A DNA stretch of 64,000 nucleotides, taken from NCBI RefSeq assembly GCF_009914755.1, contig NC_060941.1. One strand, given 5' to 3'. Position numbers and translations under genes: made by a program. Positions 26,701 through 41,000 of this stretch are shown piece by piece; positions within the stretch are counted from its first letter, which is position 1; every line of letters begins with the position of its first letter. This stretch comes from the human T2T-CHM13v2.0 reference genome, Homo sapiens. The notes below the pieces were generated by a model. That model was not told where the DNA came from and ran no database searches. It saw nothing but the letters and a program-made list of their open reading frames with translations.

Positions 26701-29700
26701 TGTTTGCATTCAACTCACAGTGCTGAACCTTTCTTTGATAGTTCAGCTTTGAAACACTCTTTTTGTAGAAACTGCAAGTGGATATTTGGTCCTCTCTGAG
26801 GAATTCGTTGGAAACGGGATAAACTGCACAGAACTAAACAGAAGCATTCTCAGAACCTTCTTCGTGATGTCTGCATTCAACTCACAGTGTGGAACCTTTC
26901 TTTGATAGTTCAGGTTTGAAACACTCTTTTTGTAGAAACTGCAAGGGGATAATTGCACTCTTTGAGGAGTACCGTAGTAAAGGAAATAACTTCCTATAAA
27001 AAGAAGACAGAAGCTTTCTCAGAAAATTCTTTGGGATGATTGAGTTGAACTCACAGAGCTGAGCATTCCTTGCGATGTAGCAGTTTAGAAACACACTTTC
27101 TGCAGAATCTGCAAGTGCATATTTGGACCTCTGTGAGGAATTCGTTGGAAACGGGATAATTTCAGCTGACTAAACAGAAGCAGTCTCAGAATCTTCTTTG
27201 TGATGTTTGCATTCAAATCCCCGAGTTGAACTTTCCTTTCAAAGTTCACGTTTGAAACACTCTTTTTGCAGGATCTACAAGTGGATATTTGGACCACTCT
27301 GTGTCCTTCGATCGAAACGGGTATATCTTCACATGACATCTAGACAGAAGCATCCTCAGAAGCTTCTCTGTGATGACTGCATTCAACTCACGGAGTTGAA
27401 CACTCCTTTTGAGAGCGCAGTTTTGAAACTCTCTTTCTGTGGCATCTGCAAGGGGACATGTAGACCTCTTTGAAGATTTCGTTGGAAACGGAATCATCTT
27501 CACATAAAAACTACACAGATGCATTCTCAGGAACTTTTTGGTGATGTTTGTATTCAACTCCCAGAGTTGAACTTTCCTTTGGAAAGAGCAGCTATGAAAC
27601 ACTGTTTTTCTAGAATCTGCAAGTGGACGTTTGGAGGGCTTTGTGGTTTGTGGTGGAAAAGGAAATATCTTCACCTAAATACTAGATAGAAGCATTCTCA
27701 GAAACTGCTTTGTGATGATTGCATTCACCTCACAGAGTTGAACATTCCTATTGATAGAGCAGTTTGGAAACACTCTTGTTGTGGAATGTGCAAGTGGAGA
27801 TTTGGAGCGCTTTGAGGCCTATGGTAGTAAAGGGAATAGCTTCATAGAAAAACTAGACAGAAGCATTCTCAGAAAATACTTTGTGATGATTGAGTTTAAC
27901 TCACAGAGCTGACCATTCCTTTGGATGGAGCAGGTTTGAGACACACTTTTTGTAGAATCTACAAGTGGATATTTGGACCTCTCTGAGGATTTCGTTGGAA
28001 ACGGGATAACTGCACCTAACTAAACGGAAGCATTCTCAGAAACTTCTTGGTGATGTTTGCATTCAAATCCCAGAGTTGAACCTTCCTTTGATAGTTCAGG
28101 TTTGAAACACTCTTTTTGTAGGATCTGCAAGTGGATATTTGGACCACTCTGTGGCCTTCGTTCGAAACGGGTATATCTTCGCATAAAATCTAGACAGAAG
28201 CCTTCTCAGAAACTTCTCTGTGATGATTGCATTCAACTCACAGAGTTGAACCCTCCTATGGATAGAGCAGTGTTGAAACTCTCTTTTTGTGGAATCTGCA
28301 AGTGGATACGTGGACCTCTCCGAAGATGTCTTTGGAAACGGGAATATCTTCACATAAAAACTAAACAGAAGCATTCTCAGAAACTTCTCTGTGATGTTTG
28401 TGTTCAACTCCCAGAGTTTCACATTGCTTTTCATAGAGTAGTTCTGAAACATGCTTTTCGTAGTGTCTACAAGTGGACATTTGGAGCGCTTTCAGGCCTG
28501 TGGTGGAAAACGAATTATGGTCACATAAAAACTGGAGAGAAGCATTGTCAGAAACTTCTTTGTGATGATTGCATTCAACTCACAGAGTTGAAGGTTCCTT
28601 TTCAAAGAGCAGTTTCCAATCACTCTTTCTGTGGAATCTGCAAGTGGATATTTGGACCTATTTTGAAGATTTCGTTGGAAACGGGAGAATCTTCACAGGA
28701 AAGCTAAACAGAAGCATTCTCAGAAACTTCTTTGTGATGCTTGCATTCAACTCACAGAGTTGAACTTTCCTTTCGAGAGAGAAGCTTTGAAACACTCTTT
28801 TTCCAGAATCTGCAAGTGGACATTTGGAGGGCTTTGAGGCCTGTGGTGGAAAAGGAATTATCTTCCCGTAAAAGCTAGATAGAAGCATTCTCAGAAACTA
28901 CTTTGTGATGATTGCATTCAAGTCACAGAGTTGAACATTCCCTTTGACAGAGCAGTTTGGAAACTCTCTTTGTGTAGAATCTGCAAGTGGAGATATGGAC
29001 CGCTTTGAGGCCTATGGTAGTAAAGGAAATAGCTTCATATAAAAGCTAGACAGTAGCATTCACAGAAAACTCTTGGTGACGACTGAGTTTAACTCACAGA
29101 GCTGAACATTCCTTTGGATGGAGCAGTTTCGAAACACACTATTTGTAGAATGTGCAAGTGGATATTTAGGCCTCTCTGAGGATTTCGTTGGAAACGGGAT
29201 AAACCGCACAGAACTAAACAGAAGCATTCTCAGAACCTTCTTCGTGATGTTTGCATTCAACTCACAGTGTTGAACCTTTCTTTGATAGTTCAGGTTTGAA
29301 ACGGTCTTTCTGTAGAAACTGCAAGTAGATATTTGGACCTCTCTGAGGATTTCGTTGGAAACGGGATAACCCGCACAGAACTAAAACAGAAGCATTCTCA
29401 GAACCCTCTTCGTGATGTTTGCATTCAACTCACAGTGCTGAACCTTTCTTTGATAGTTCAGCTTTGAAACACTCTTTTTGTAGAAACTGCAAGTGGATAT
29501 TTGGTCCTCTCTGAGGAATTCGTTGGAAACGGGATAAACTGCACAGAACTAAACAGAAGCATTCTCAGAACCTTCTTCGTGATGTCTGCATTCAACTCAC
29601 AGTGTGGAACCTTTCTTTGATAGTTCAGGTTTGAAACACTCTTTTTGTAGAAACTGCAAGGGGATAATTGCACTCTTTGAGGAGTACCGTAGTAAAGGAA

Positions 29701-32700
29701 ATAACTTCCTATAAAAAGAAGACAGAAGCTTTCTCAGAAAATTCTTTGGGATGATTGAGTTGAACTCACAGAGCTGAGCATTCCTTGCGATGTAGCAGTT
29801 TAGAAACACACTTTCTGCAGAATCTGCAAGTGCATATTTGGACCTCTGTGAGGAATTCGTTGGAAACGGGATAATTTCAGCTGACTAAACAGAAGCAGTC
29901 TCAGAATCTTCTTTGTGATGTTTGCATTCAAATCCCCGAGTTGAACTTTCCTTTCAAAGTTCACGTTTGAAACACTCTTTTTGCAGGATCTACAAGTGGA
30001 TATTTGGACCACTCTGTGTCCTTCGATCGAAACGGGTATATCTTCACATGACATCTAGACAGAAGCATCCTCAGAAGCTTCTCTGTGATGACTGCATTCA
30101 ACTCACGGAGTTGAACACTCCTTTTGAGAGCGCAGTTTTGAAACTCTCTTTCTGTGGCATCTGCAAGGGGACATGTAGACCTCTTTGAAGATTTCGTTGG
30201 AAACGGAATCATCTTCACATAAAAACTACACAGATGCATTCTCAGGAACTTTTTGGTGATGTTTGTATTCAACTCCCAGAGTTGAACTTTCCTTTGGAAA
30301 GAGCAGCTATGAAACACTGTTTTTCTAGAATCTGCAAGTGGACGTTTGGAGGGCTTTGTGGTTTGTGGTGGAAAAGGAAATATCTTCACCTAAATACTAG
30401 ATAGAAGCATTCTCAGAAACTGCTTTGTGATGATTGCATTCACCTCACAGAGTTGAACATTCCTATTGATAGAGCAGTTTGGAAACACTCTTGTTGTGGA
30501 ATGTGCAAGTGGAGATTTGGAGCGCTTTGAGGCCTATGGTAGTAAAGGGAATAGCTTCATAGAAAAACTAGACAGAAGCATTCTCAGAAAATACTTTGTG
30601 ATGATTGAGTTTAACTCACAGAGCTGAACATTCCTTTGGATGGAGCAGGTTTGAGACACACTTTTTGTAGAATCTACAAGTGGATATTTGGACCTCTCTG
30701 AGGATTTCGTTGGAAACGGGATAACTGCACCTAACTAAACGGAAGCATTCTCAGAAACTTCTTGGTGATGTTTGCATTCAAATCCCAGAGTTGAACCTTC
30801 CTTTGATAGTTCAGGTTTGAAACACTCTTTTTGTAGGATCTGCAAGTGGATATTTGGACCACTCTGTGGCCTTCGTTCGAAACGGGTATATCTTCGCATA
30901 AAATCTAGACAGAAGCCTTCTCAGAAACTTCTCTGTGATGATTGCATTCAACTCACAGAGTTGAACCCTCCTATGGATAGAGCAGTGTTGAAACTCTCTT
31001 TTTGTGGAATCTGCAAGTGGATACGTGGACCTCTCCGAAGATGTCTTTGGAAACGGGAATATCTTCACATAAAAACTAAACAGAAGCATTCTCAGAAACT
31101 TCTCTGTGATGTTTGTGTTCAACTCCCAGAGTTTCACATTGCTTTTCATAGAGTAGTTCTGAAACATGCTTTTCGTAGTGTCTACAAGTGGACATTTGGA
31201 GCGCTTTCAGGCCTGTGGTGGAAAACGAATTATGGTCACATAAAAACTGGAGAGAAGCATTGTCAGAAACTTCTTTGTGATGATTGCATTCAACTCACAG
31301 AGTTGAAGGTTCCTTTTCAAAGAGCAGTTTCCAATCACTCTTTCTGTGGAATCTGCAAGTGGATATTTGGACCTATTTTGAAGATTTCGTTGGAAACGGG
31401 AGAATCTTCACAGGAAAGCTAAACAGAAGCATTCTCAGAAACTTCTTTGTGATGCTTGCATTCAACTCACAGAGTTGAACTTTCCTTTCGAGAGAGAAGC
31501 TTTGAAACACTCTTTTTCCAGAATCTGCAAGTGGACATTTGGAGGGCTTTGAGGCCTGTGGTGGAAAAGGAATTATCTTCCCGTAAAAGCTAGATAGAAG
31601 CATTCTCAGAAACTACTTTGTGATGATTGCATTCAAGTCACAGAGTTGAACATTCCCTTTGACAGAGCAGTTTGGAAACTCTCTTTGTGTAGAATCTGCA
31701 AGTGGAGATATGGACCGCTTTGAGGCCTATGGTAGTAAAGGAAATAGCTTCATATAAAAGCTAGACAGTAGCATTCACAGAAAACTCTTGGTGACGACTG
31801 AGTTTAACTCACAGAGCTGAACATTCCTTTGGATGGAGCAGTTTCGAAACACACTATTTGTAGAATGTGCAAGTGGATATTTAGGCCTCTCTGAGGATTT
31901 CGTTGGAAACGGGATAAACCGCACAGAACTAAACAGAAGCATTCTCAGAACCTTCTTCGTGATGTTTGCATTCAACTCACAGTGTTGAACCTTTCTTTGA
32001 TAGTTCAGGTTTGAAACGGTCTTTCTGTAGAAACTGCAAGTAGATATTTGGACCTCTCTGAGGATTTCGTTGGAAACGGGATAACCCGCACAGAACTAAA
32101 ACAGAAGCATTCTCAGAACCCTCTTCGTGATGTTTGCATTCAACTCACAGTGCTGAACCTTTCTTTGATAGTTCAGCTTTGAAACACTCTTTTTGTAGAA
32201 ACTGCAAGTGGATATTTGGTCCTCTCTGAGGAATTCGTTGGAAACGGGATAAACTGCACAGAACTAAACAGAAGCATTCTCAGAACCTTCTTCGTGATGT
32301 CTGCATTCAACTCACAGTGTGGAACCTTTCTTTGATAGTTCAGGTTTGAAACACTCTTTTTGTAGAAACTGCAAGGGGATAATTGCACTCTTTGAGGAGT
32401 ACCGTAGTAAAGGAAATAACTTCCTATAAAAAGAAGACAGAAGCTTTCTCAGAAAATTCTTTGGGATGATTGAGTTGAACTCACAGAGCTGAGCATTCCT
32501 TGCGATGTAGCAGTTTAGAAACACACTTTCTGCAGAATCTGCAAGTGCATATTTGGACCTCTGTGAGGAATTCGTTGGAAACGGGATAATTTCAGCTGAC
32601 TAAACAGAAGCAGTCTCAGAATCTTCTTTGTGATGTTTGCATTCAAATCCCCGAGTTGAACTTTCCTTTCAAAGTTCACGTTTGAAACACTCTTTTTGCA

Positions 32701-35295
32701 GGATCTACAAGTGGATATTTGGACCACTCTGTGTCCTTCGATCGAAACGGGTATATCTTCACATGACATCTAGACAGAAGCATCCTCAGAAGCTTCTCTG
32801 TGATGACTGCATTCAACTCACGGAGTTGAACACTCCTTTTGAGAGCGCAGTTTTGAAACTCTCTTTCTGTGGCATCTGCAAGGGGACATGTAGACCTCTT
32901 TGAAGATTTCGTTGGAAACGGAATCATCTTCACATAAAAACTACACAGATGCATTCTCAGGAACTTTTTGGTGATGTTTGTATTCAACTCCCAGAGTTGA
33001 ACTTTCCTTTGGAAAGAGCAGCTATGAAACACTGTTTTTCTAGAATCTGCAAGTGGACGTTTGGAGGGCTTTGTGGTTTGTGGTGGAAAAGGAAATATCT
33101 TCACCTAAATACTAGATAGAAGCATTCTCAGAAACTGCTTTGTGATGATTGCATTCACCTCACAGAGTTGAACATTCCTATTGATAGAGCAGTTTGGAAA
33201 CACTCTTGTTGTGGAATGTGCAAGTGGAGATTTGGAGCGCTTTGAGGCCTATGGTAGTAAAGGGAATAGCTTCATAGAAAAACTAGACAGAAGCATTCTC
33301 AGAAAATACTTTGTGATGATTGAGTTTAACTCACAGAGCTGAACATTCCTTTGGATGGAGCAGGTTTGAGACACACTTTTTGTAGAATCTACAAGTGGAT
33401 ATTTGGACCTCTCTGAGGATTTCGTTGGAAACGGGATAACTGCACCTAACTAAACGGAAGCATTCTCAGAAACTTCTTGGTGATGTTTGCATTCAAATCC
33501 CAGAGTTGAACCTTCCTTTGATAGTTCAGGTTTGAAACACTCTTTTTGTAGGATCTGCAAGTGGATATTTGGACCACTCTGTGGCCTTCGTTCGAAACGG
33601 GTATATCTTCGCATAAAATCTAGACAGAAGCCTTCTCAGAAACTTCTCTGTGATGATTGCATTCAACTCACAGAGTTGAACCCTCCTATGGATAGAGCAG
33701 TGTTGAAACTCTCTTTTTGTGGAATCTGCAAGTGGATATGTGGACCTCTCCGAAGATGTCTTTGGAAACGGGAATATCTTCACATAAAAACTAAACAGAA
33801 GCATTCTCAGAAACTTCTCTGTGATGTTTGTGTTCAACTCCCAGAGTTTCACATTGCTTTTCATAGAGTAGTTCTGAAACATGCTTTTCGTAGTGTCTAC
33901 AAGTGGACATTTGGAGCGCTTTCAGGCCTGTGGTGGAAAACGAATTATGGTCACATAAAAACTGGAGAGAAGCATTGTCAGAAACTTCTTTGTGATGATT
34001 GCATTCAACTCACAGAGTTGAAGGTTCCTTTTCAAAGAGCAGTTTCCAATCACTCTTTCTGTGGAATCTGCAAGTGGATATTTGGACCTATTTTGAAGAT
34101 TTCGTTGGAAACGGGAGAATCTTCACAGGAAAGCTAAACAGAAGCATTCTCAGAAACTTCTTTGTGATGCTTGCATTCAACTCACAGAGTTGAACTTTCC
34201 TTTCGAGAGAGAAGCTTTGAAACACTCTTTTTCCAGAATCTGCAAGTGGACATTTGGAGGGCTTTGAGGCCTGTGGTGGAAAAGGAATTATCTTCCCGTA
34301 AAAGCTAGATAGAAGCATTCTCAGAAACTACTTTGTGATGATTGCATTCAAGTCACAGAGTTGAACATTCCCTTTGACAGAGCAGTTTGGAAACTCTCTT
34401 TGTGTAGAATCTGCAAGTGGAGATATGGACCGCTTTGAGGCCTATGGTAGTAAAGGAAATAGCTTCATATAAAAGCTAGACAGTAGCATTCACAGAAAAC
34501 TCTTGGTGACGACTGAGTTTAACTCACAGAGCTGAACATTCCTTTGGATGGAGCAGTTTCGAAACACACTATTTGTAGAATGTGCAAGTGGATATTTAGG
34601 CCTCTCTGAGGATTTCGTTGGAAACGGGATAAACCGCACAGAACTAAACAGAAGCATTCTCAGAACCTTCTTCGTGATGTTTGCATTCAACTCACAGTGT
34701 TGAACCTTTCTTTGATAGTTCAGGTTTGAAACGGTCTTTCTGTAGAAACTGCAAGTAGATATTTGGACCGCTCTGAGGATTTCGTTGGAAACGGGATAAC
34801 CCGCACAGAACTAAAACAGAAGCATTCTCAGAACCCTCTTCGTGATGTTTGCATTCAACTCACAGTGCTGAACCTTTCTTTGATAGTTCAGCTTTGAAAC
34901 ACTCTTTTTGTAGAAACTGCAAGTGGATATTTGGTCCTCTCTGAGGATTTCGTTGGAAACGGGATAAACTGCACAGAACTAAACAGAAGCATTCTCAGAA
35001 CCTTCTTCGTGATGTCTGCATTCAACTCACAGTGTGGAACCTTTCTTTGATAGTTCAGGTTTGAAACACTCTTTTTGTAGAAACTGCAAGGGGATAATTG
35101 CACTCTTTGAGGAGTACCGTAGTAAAGGAAATAACTTCCTATAAAAAGAAGACAGAAGCTTTCTCAGAAAATTCTTTGGGATGATTGAGTTGAACTCACA
35201 GAGCTGAGCATTCCTTGCGATGTAGCAGTTTAGAAACACACTTTCTGCAGAATCTGCAAGTGCATATTTGGACCTCTGTGAGGAATTCGTTGGAA

Positions 35296-38009
35296 ACGGG
35301 ATAATTTCAGCTGACTAAACAGAAGCAGTCTCAGAATCTTCTTTGTGATGTTTGCATTCAAATCCCCGAGTTGAACTTTCCTTTCAAAGTTCACGTTTGA
35401 AACACTCTTTTTGCAGGATCTACAAGTGGATATTTGGACCACTCTGTGTCCTTCGTTCGAAACGGGTATATCTTAACATGACATCTAGACAGAAGCATCC
35501 TCAGAAGCTTCCTGTGATGACTGCATTCAACTCACGGAGTTGAACACTCCTTTTGAGAGCGCAGTTTTGAAACTCTCTTTCTGTGGCATCTGCAAGGGGA
35601 CATGTAGACCTCTTTGAAGATTTCGTTGGAAACGGAATCATCTTCACATAAAAACTACACAGATGCATTCTCAGGAACTTTTTGGTGATGTTTGTATTCA
35701 ACTCCCAGAGTTGAACTTTCCTTTGGAAAGAGCAGCTATGAAACACTCTTTTTCTAGAATCTGCAAGTGGACGTTTGGAGGGCTTTGTGGTTTGTGGTGG
35801 AAAAGGAAATATCTTCACCTAAATACTAGATAGAAGCATTCTCAGAAACTGCTTTGTGATGATTGCATTCACCTCACAGAGTTGAACATTCCTATTGATA
35901 GAGCAGTTTGGAAACACTCTTGTTGTGGAATGTGCAAGTGGAGATTTGGAGCGCTTTGAGGTCTATGGTAGTAAAGGGAATAGCTTCATAGAAAAACTAG
36001 ACAGAAGCATTCTCAGAAAATACTTTGTGATGATTGAGTTTAACTCACAGAGCTGAACATTCCTTTGGATGGAGCAGGTTTGAGACACACTTTTTGTAGA
36101 ATCTACAAGTGGATATTTGGACCTCTCTGAGGATTTCGTTGGAAACGGGATAACTGCACCTAACTAAACGGAAGCATTCTCAGAAACTTCTTGGTGATGT
36201 TTGCATTCAAATCCCAGAGTTGAACCTTCCTTTGATAGTTCAGGTTTGAAACACTCTTTTTGTAGGATCTGCAAGTGGATATTTGGACCACTCTGTGGCC
36301 TTCGTTCGAAACGGGTATATCTTCGCATAAAATCTAGACAGAAGCCTTCTCAGAAACTTCTCTGTGATGATTGCATTCAACTCACAGAGTTGAACCCTCC
36401 TATGGATAGAGCAGTGTTGAAACTCTCTTTTTGTGGAATCTGCAAGTGGATATGTGGACCTCTCCGAAGATGTCTTTGGAAACGGGAATATCTTCACATA
36501 AAAACTAAACAGAAGCATTCTCAGAAACTTCTCTGTGATGTTTGTGTTCAACTCCCAGAGTTTCACATTGCTTTTCATAGAGTAGTTCTGAAACATGCTT
36601 TTCGTAGTGTCTACAAGTGGACATTTGGAGCGCTTTCAGGCCTGTGGTGGAAAACGAATTATGGTCACATAAAAACTGGAGAGAAGCATTGTCAGAAACT
36701 TCTTTGTGATGATTGCATTCAACTCACAGAGTTGAAGGTTCCTTTTCAAAGAGCAGTTTCCAATCACTCTTTGTGTGGAATCTGCAAGTGGATATTTGGA
36801 CCTATTTTGAAGATTTCGTTGGAAACGGGAGAATCTTCACAGGAAAGCTAAACAGAAGCATTCTCAGAAACTTCTTTGTGATGCTTGCATTCAACTCACA
36901 GAGTTGAACTTTCCTTTCGAGAGAGAAGCTTTGAAACACTCTTTTTCCAGAATCTGCAAGTGGACATTTGGAGGGCTTTGAGGCCTGTGGTGGAAAAGGA
37001 ATTATCTTCCCGTAAAAGCTAGATAGAAGCATTCTCAGAAACTACTTTGTGATGATTGCATTCAAGTCACAGAGTTGAACATTCCCTTTGACAGAGCAGT
37101 TTGGAAACTCTCTTTGTGTAGAATCTGCAAGTGGAGATATGGACCGCTTTGAGGCCTATGGTAGTAAAGGAAATAGCTTCATATAAAAGCTAGACAGTAG
37201 CATTCACAGAAAACTCTTGGTGACGACTGAGTTTAACTCACAGAGCTGAACATTCCTTTGGATGGAGCAGTTTCGAAACACACTATTTGTAGAATGTGCA
37301 AGTGGATATTTAGGCCTCTCTGAGGATTTCGTTGGAAACGGGATAAACCGCACAGAACTAAACAGAAGCATTCTCAGAACCTTCTTCGTGATGTTTGCAT
37401 TCAACTCACAGTGTTGAACCTTTCTTTGATAGTTCAGGTTTGAAACGGTCTTTCTGTAGAAACTGCAAGTAGATATTTGGACCTCTCTGAGGATTTCGTT
37501 GGAAACGGGATAACCCGCACAGAACTAAAACAGAAGCATTCTCAGAACCCTCTTCGTGATGTTTGCATTCAACTCACAGTGCTGAACCTTTCTTTGATAG
37601 TTCAGCTTTGAAACACTCTTTTTGTAGAAACTGCAAGTGGATATTTGGTCCTCTCTGAGGAATTCGTTGGAAACGGGATAAACTGCACAGAACTAAACAG
37701 AAGCATTCTCAGAACCTTCTTCGTGATGTCTGCATTCAACTCACAGTGTGGAACCTTTCTTTGATAGTTCAGGTTTGAAACACTCTTTTTGTAGAAACTG
37801 CAAGGGGATAATTGCACTCTTTGAGGAGTACCGTAGTAAAGGAAATAACTTCCTATAAAAAGAAGACAGAAGCTTTCTCAGAAAATTCTTTGGGATGATT
37901 GAGTTGAACTCACAGAGCTGAGCATTCCTTGCGATGTAGCAGTTTAGAAACACACTTTCTGCAGAATCTGCAAGTGCATATTTGGACCTCTGTGAGGAAT
38001 TCGTTGGAA
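35296..38009 (+). repeat. Variant HOR copy U14 (2,714 bp): 1-bp deletion plus 6 substitutions relative to the window majority
   Basis: gaagcttcctgtg replaces gaagcttctctgtg at 35511/35512, and downstream ORF coordinates shift by -1. Substitutions are at 35456, 35475, 35748, 35962, 36453 and 36773. Confidence 0.9.
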
Positions 38010-41000
38010 ACGGGATAATTTCAGCTGACTAAACAGAAGCAGTCTCAGAATCTTCTTTGTGATGTTTGCATTCAAATCCCCGAGTTGAACTTTCCTTTCA
38101 AAGTTCACGTTTGAAACACTCTTTTTGCAGGATCTACAAGTGGATATTTGGACCACTCTGTGTCCTTCGATCGAAACGGGTATATCTTCACATGACATCT
38201 AGACAGAAGCATCCTCAGAAGCTTCTCTGTGATGACTGCATTCAACTCACGGAGTTGAACACTCCTTTTGAGAGCGCAGTTTTGAAACTCTCTTTCTGTG
38301 GCATCTGCAAGGGGACATGTAGACCTCTTTGAAGATTTCGTTGGAAACGGAATCATCTTCACATAAAAACTACACAGATGCATTCTCAGGAACTTTTTGG
38401 TGATGTTTGTATTCAACTCCCAGAGTTGAACTTTCCTTTGGAAAGAGCAGCTATGAAACACTGTTTTTCTAGAATCTGCAAGTGGACGTTTGGAGGGCTT
38501 TGTGGTTTGTGGTGGAAAAGGAAATATCTTCACCTAAATACTAGATAGAAGCATTCTCAGAAACTGCTTTGTGATGATTGCATTCACCTCACAGAGTTGA
38601 ACATTCCTATTGATAGAGCAGTTTGGAAACACTCTTGTTGTGGAATGTGCAAGTGGAGATTTGGAGCGCTTTGAGGTCTATGGTAGTAAAGGGAATAGCT
38701 TCATAGAAAAACTAGACAGAAGCATTCTCAGAAAATACTTTGTGATGATTGAGTTTAACTCACAGAGCTGAACATTCCTTTGGATGGAGCAGGTTTGAGA
38801 CACACTTTTTGTAGAATCTACAAGTGGATATTTGGACCTCTCTGAGGATTTCGTTGGAAACGGGATAACTGCACCTAACTAAACGGAAGCATTCTCAGAA
38901 ACTTCTTGGTGATGTTTGCATTCAAATCCCAGAGTTGAACCTTCCTTTGATAGTTCAGGTTTGAAACACTCTTTTTGTAGGATCTGCAAGTGGATATTTG
39001 GACCACTCTGTGGCCTTCGTTCGAAACGGGTATATCTTCGCATAAAATCTAGACAGAAGCCTTCTCAGAAACTTCTCTGTGATGATTGCATTCAACTCAC
39101 AGAGTTGAACCCTCCTATGGATAGAGCAGTGTTGAAACTCTCTTTTTGTGGAATCTGCAAGTGGATATGTGGACCTCTCCGAAGATGTCTTTGGAAACGG
39201 GAATATCTTCACATAAAAACTAAACAGAAGCATTCTCAGAAACTTCTCTGTGATGTTTGTGTTCAACTCCCAGAGTTTCACATTGCTTTTCATAGAGTAG
39301 TTCTGAAACATGCTTTTCGTAGTGTCTACAAGTGGACATTTGGAGCGCTTTCAGGCCTGTGGTGGAAAACGAATTATGGTCACATAAAAACTGGAGAGAA
39401 GCATTGTCAGAAACTTCTTTGTGATGATTGCATTCAACTCACAGAGTTGAAGGTTCCTTTTCAAAGAGCAGTTTCCAATCACTCTTTCTGTGGAATCTGC
39501 AAGTGGATATTTGGACCTATTTTGAAGATTTCGTTGGAAACGGGAGAATCTTCACAGGAAAGCTAAACAGAAGCATTCTCAGAAACTTCTTTGTGATGCT
39601 TGCATTCAACTCACAGAGTTGAACTTTCCTTTCGAGAGAGAAGCTTTGAAACACTCTTTTTCCAGAATCTGCAAGTGGACATTTGGAGGGCTTTGAGGCC
39701 TGTGGTGGAAAAGGAATTATCTTCCCGTAAAAGCTAGATAGAAGCATTCTCAGAAACTACTTTGTGATGATTGCATTCAAGTCACAGAGTTGAACATTCC
39801 CTTTGACAGAGCAGTTTGGAAACTCTCTTTGTGTAGAATCTGCAAGTGGAGATATGGACCGCTTTGAGGCCTATGGTAGTAAAGGAAATAGCTTCATATA
39901 AAAGCTAGACAGTAGCATTCACAGAAAACTCTTGGTGACGACTGAGTTTAACTCACAGAGCTGAACATTCCTTTGGATGGAGCAGTTTCGAAACACACTA
40001 TTTGTAGAATGTGCAAGTGGATATTTAGGCCTCTCTGAGGATTTCGTTGGAAACGGGATAAACCGCACAGAACTAAACAGAAGCATTCTCAGAACCTTCT
40101 TCGTGATGTTTGCATTCAACTCACAGTGTTGAACCTTTCTTTGATAGTTCAGGTTTGAAACGGTCTTTCTGTAGAAACTGCAAGTAGATATTTGGACCTC
40201 TCTGAGGATTTCGTTGGAAACGGGATAACCCGCACAGAACTAAAACAGAAGCATTCTCAGAACCCTCTTCGTGATGTTTGCATTCAACTCACAGTGCTGA
40301 ACCTTTCTTTGATAGTTCAGCTTTGAAACACTCTTTTTGTAGAAACTGCAAGTGGATATTTGGTCCTCTCTGAGGAATTCGTTGGAAACGGGATAAACTG
40401 CACAGAACTAAACAGAAGCATTCTCAGAACCTTCTTCGTGATGTCTGCATTCAACTCACAGTGTGGAACCTTTCTTTGATAGTTCAGGTTTGAAACACTC
40501 TTTTTGTAGAAACTGCAAGGGGATAATTGCACTCTTTGAGGAGTACCGTAGTAAAGGAAATAACTTCCTATAAAAAGAAGACAGAAGCTTTCTCAGAAAA
40601 TTCTTTGGGATGATTGAGTTGAACTCACAGAGCTGAGCATTCCTTGCGATGTAGCAGTTTAGAAACACACTTTCTGCAGAATCTGCAAGTGCATATTTGG
40701 ACCTCTGTGAGGAATTCGTTGGAAACGGGATAATTTCAGCTGACTAAACAGAAGCAGTCTCAGAATCTTCTTTGTGATGTTTGCATTCAAATCCCCGAGT
40801 TGAACTTTCCTTTCAAAGTTCACGTTTGAAACACTCTTTTTGCAGGATCTACAAGTGGATATTTGGACCACTCTGTGTCCTTCGATCGAAACGGGTATAT
40901 CTTCACATGACATCTAGACAGAAGCATCCTCAGAAGCTTCTCTGTGATGACTGCATTCAACTCACGGAGTTGAACACTCCTTTTGAGAGCGCAGTTTTGA

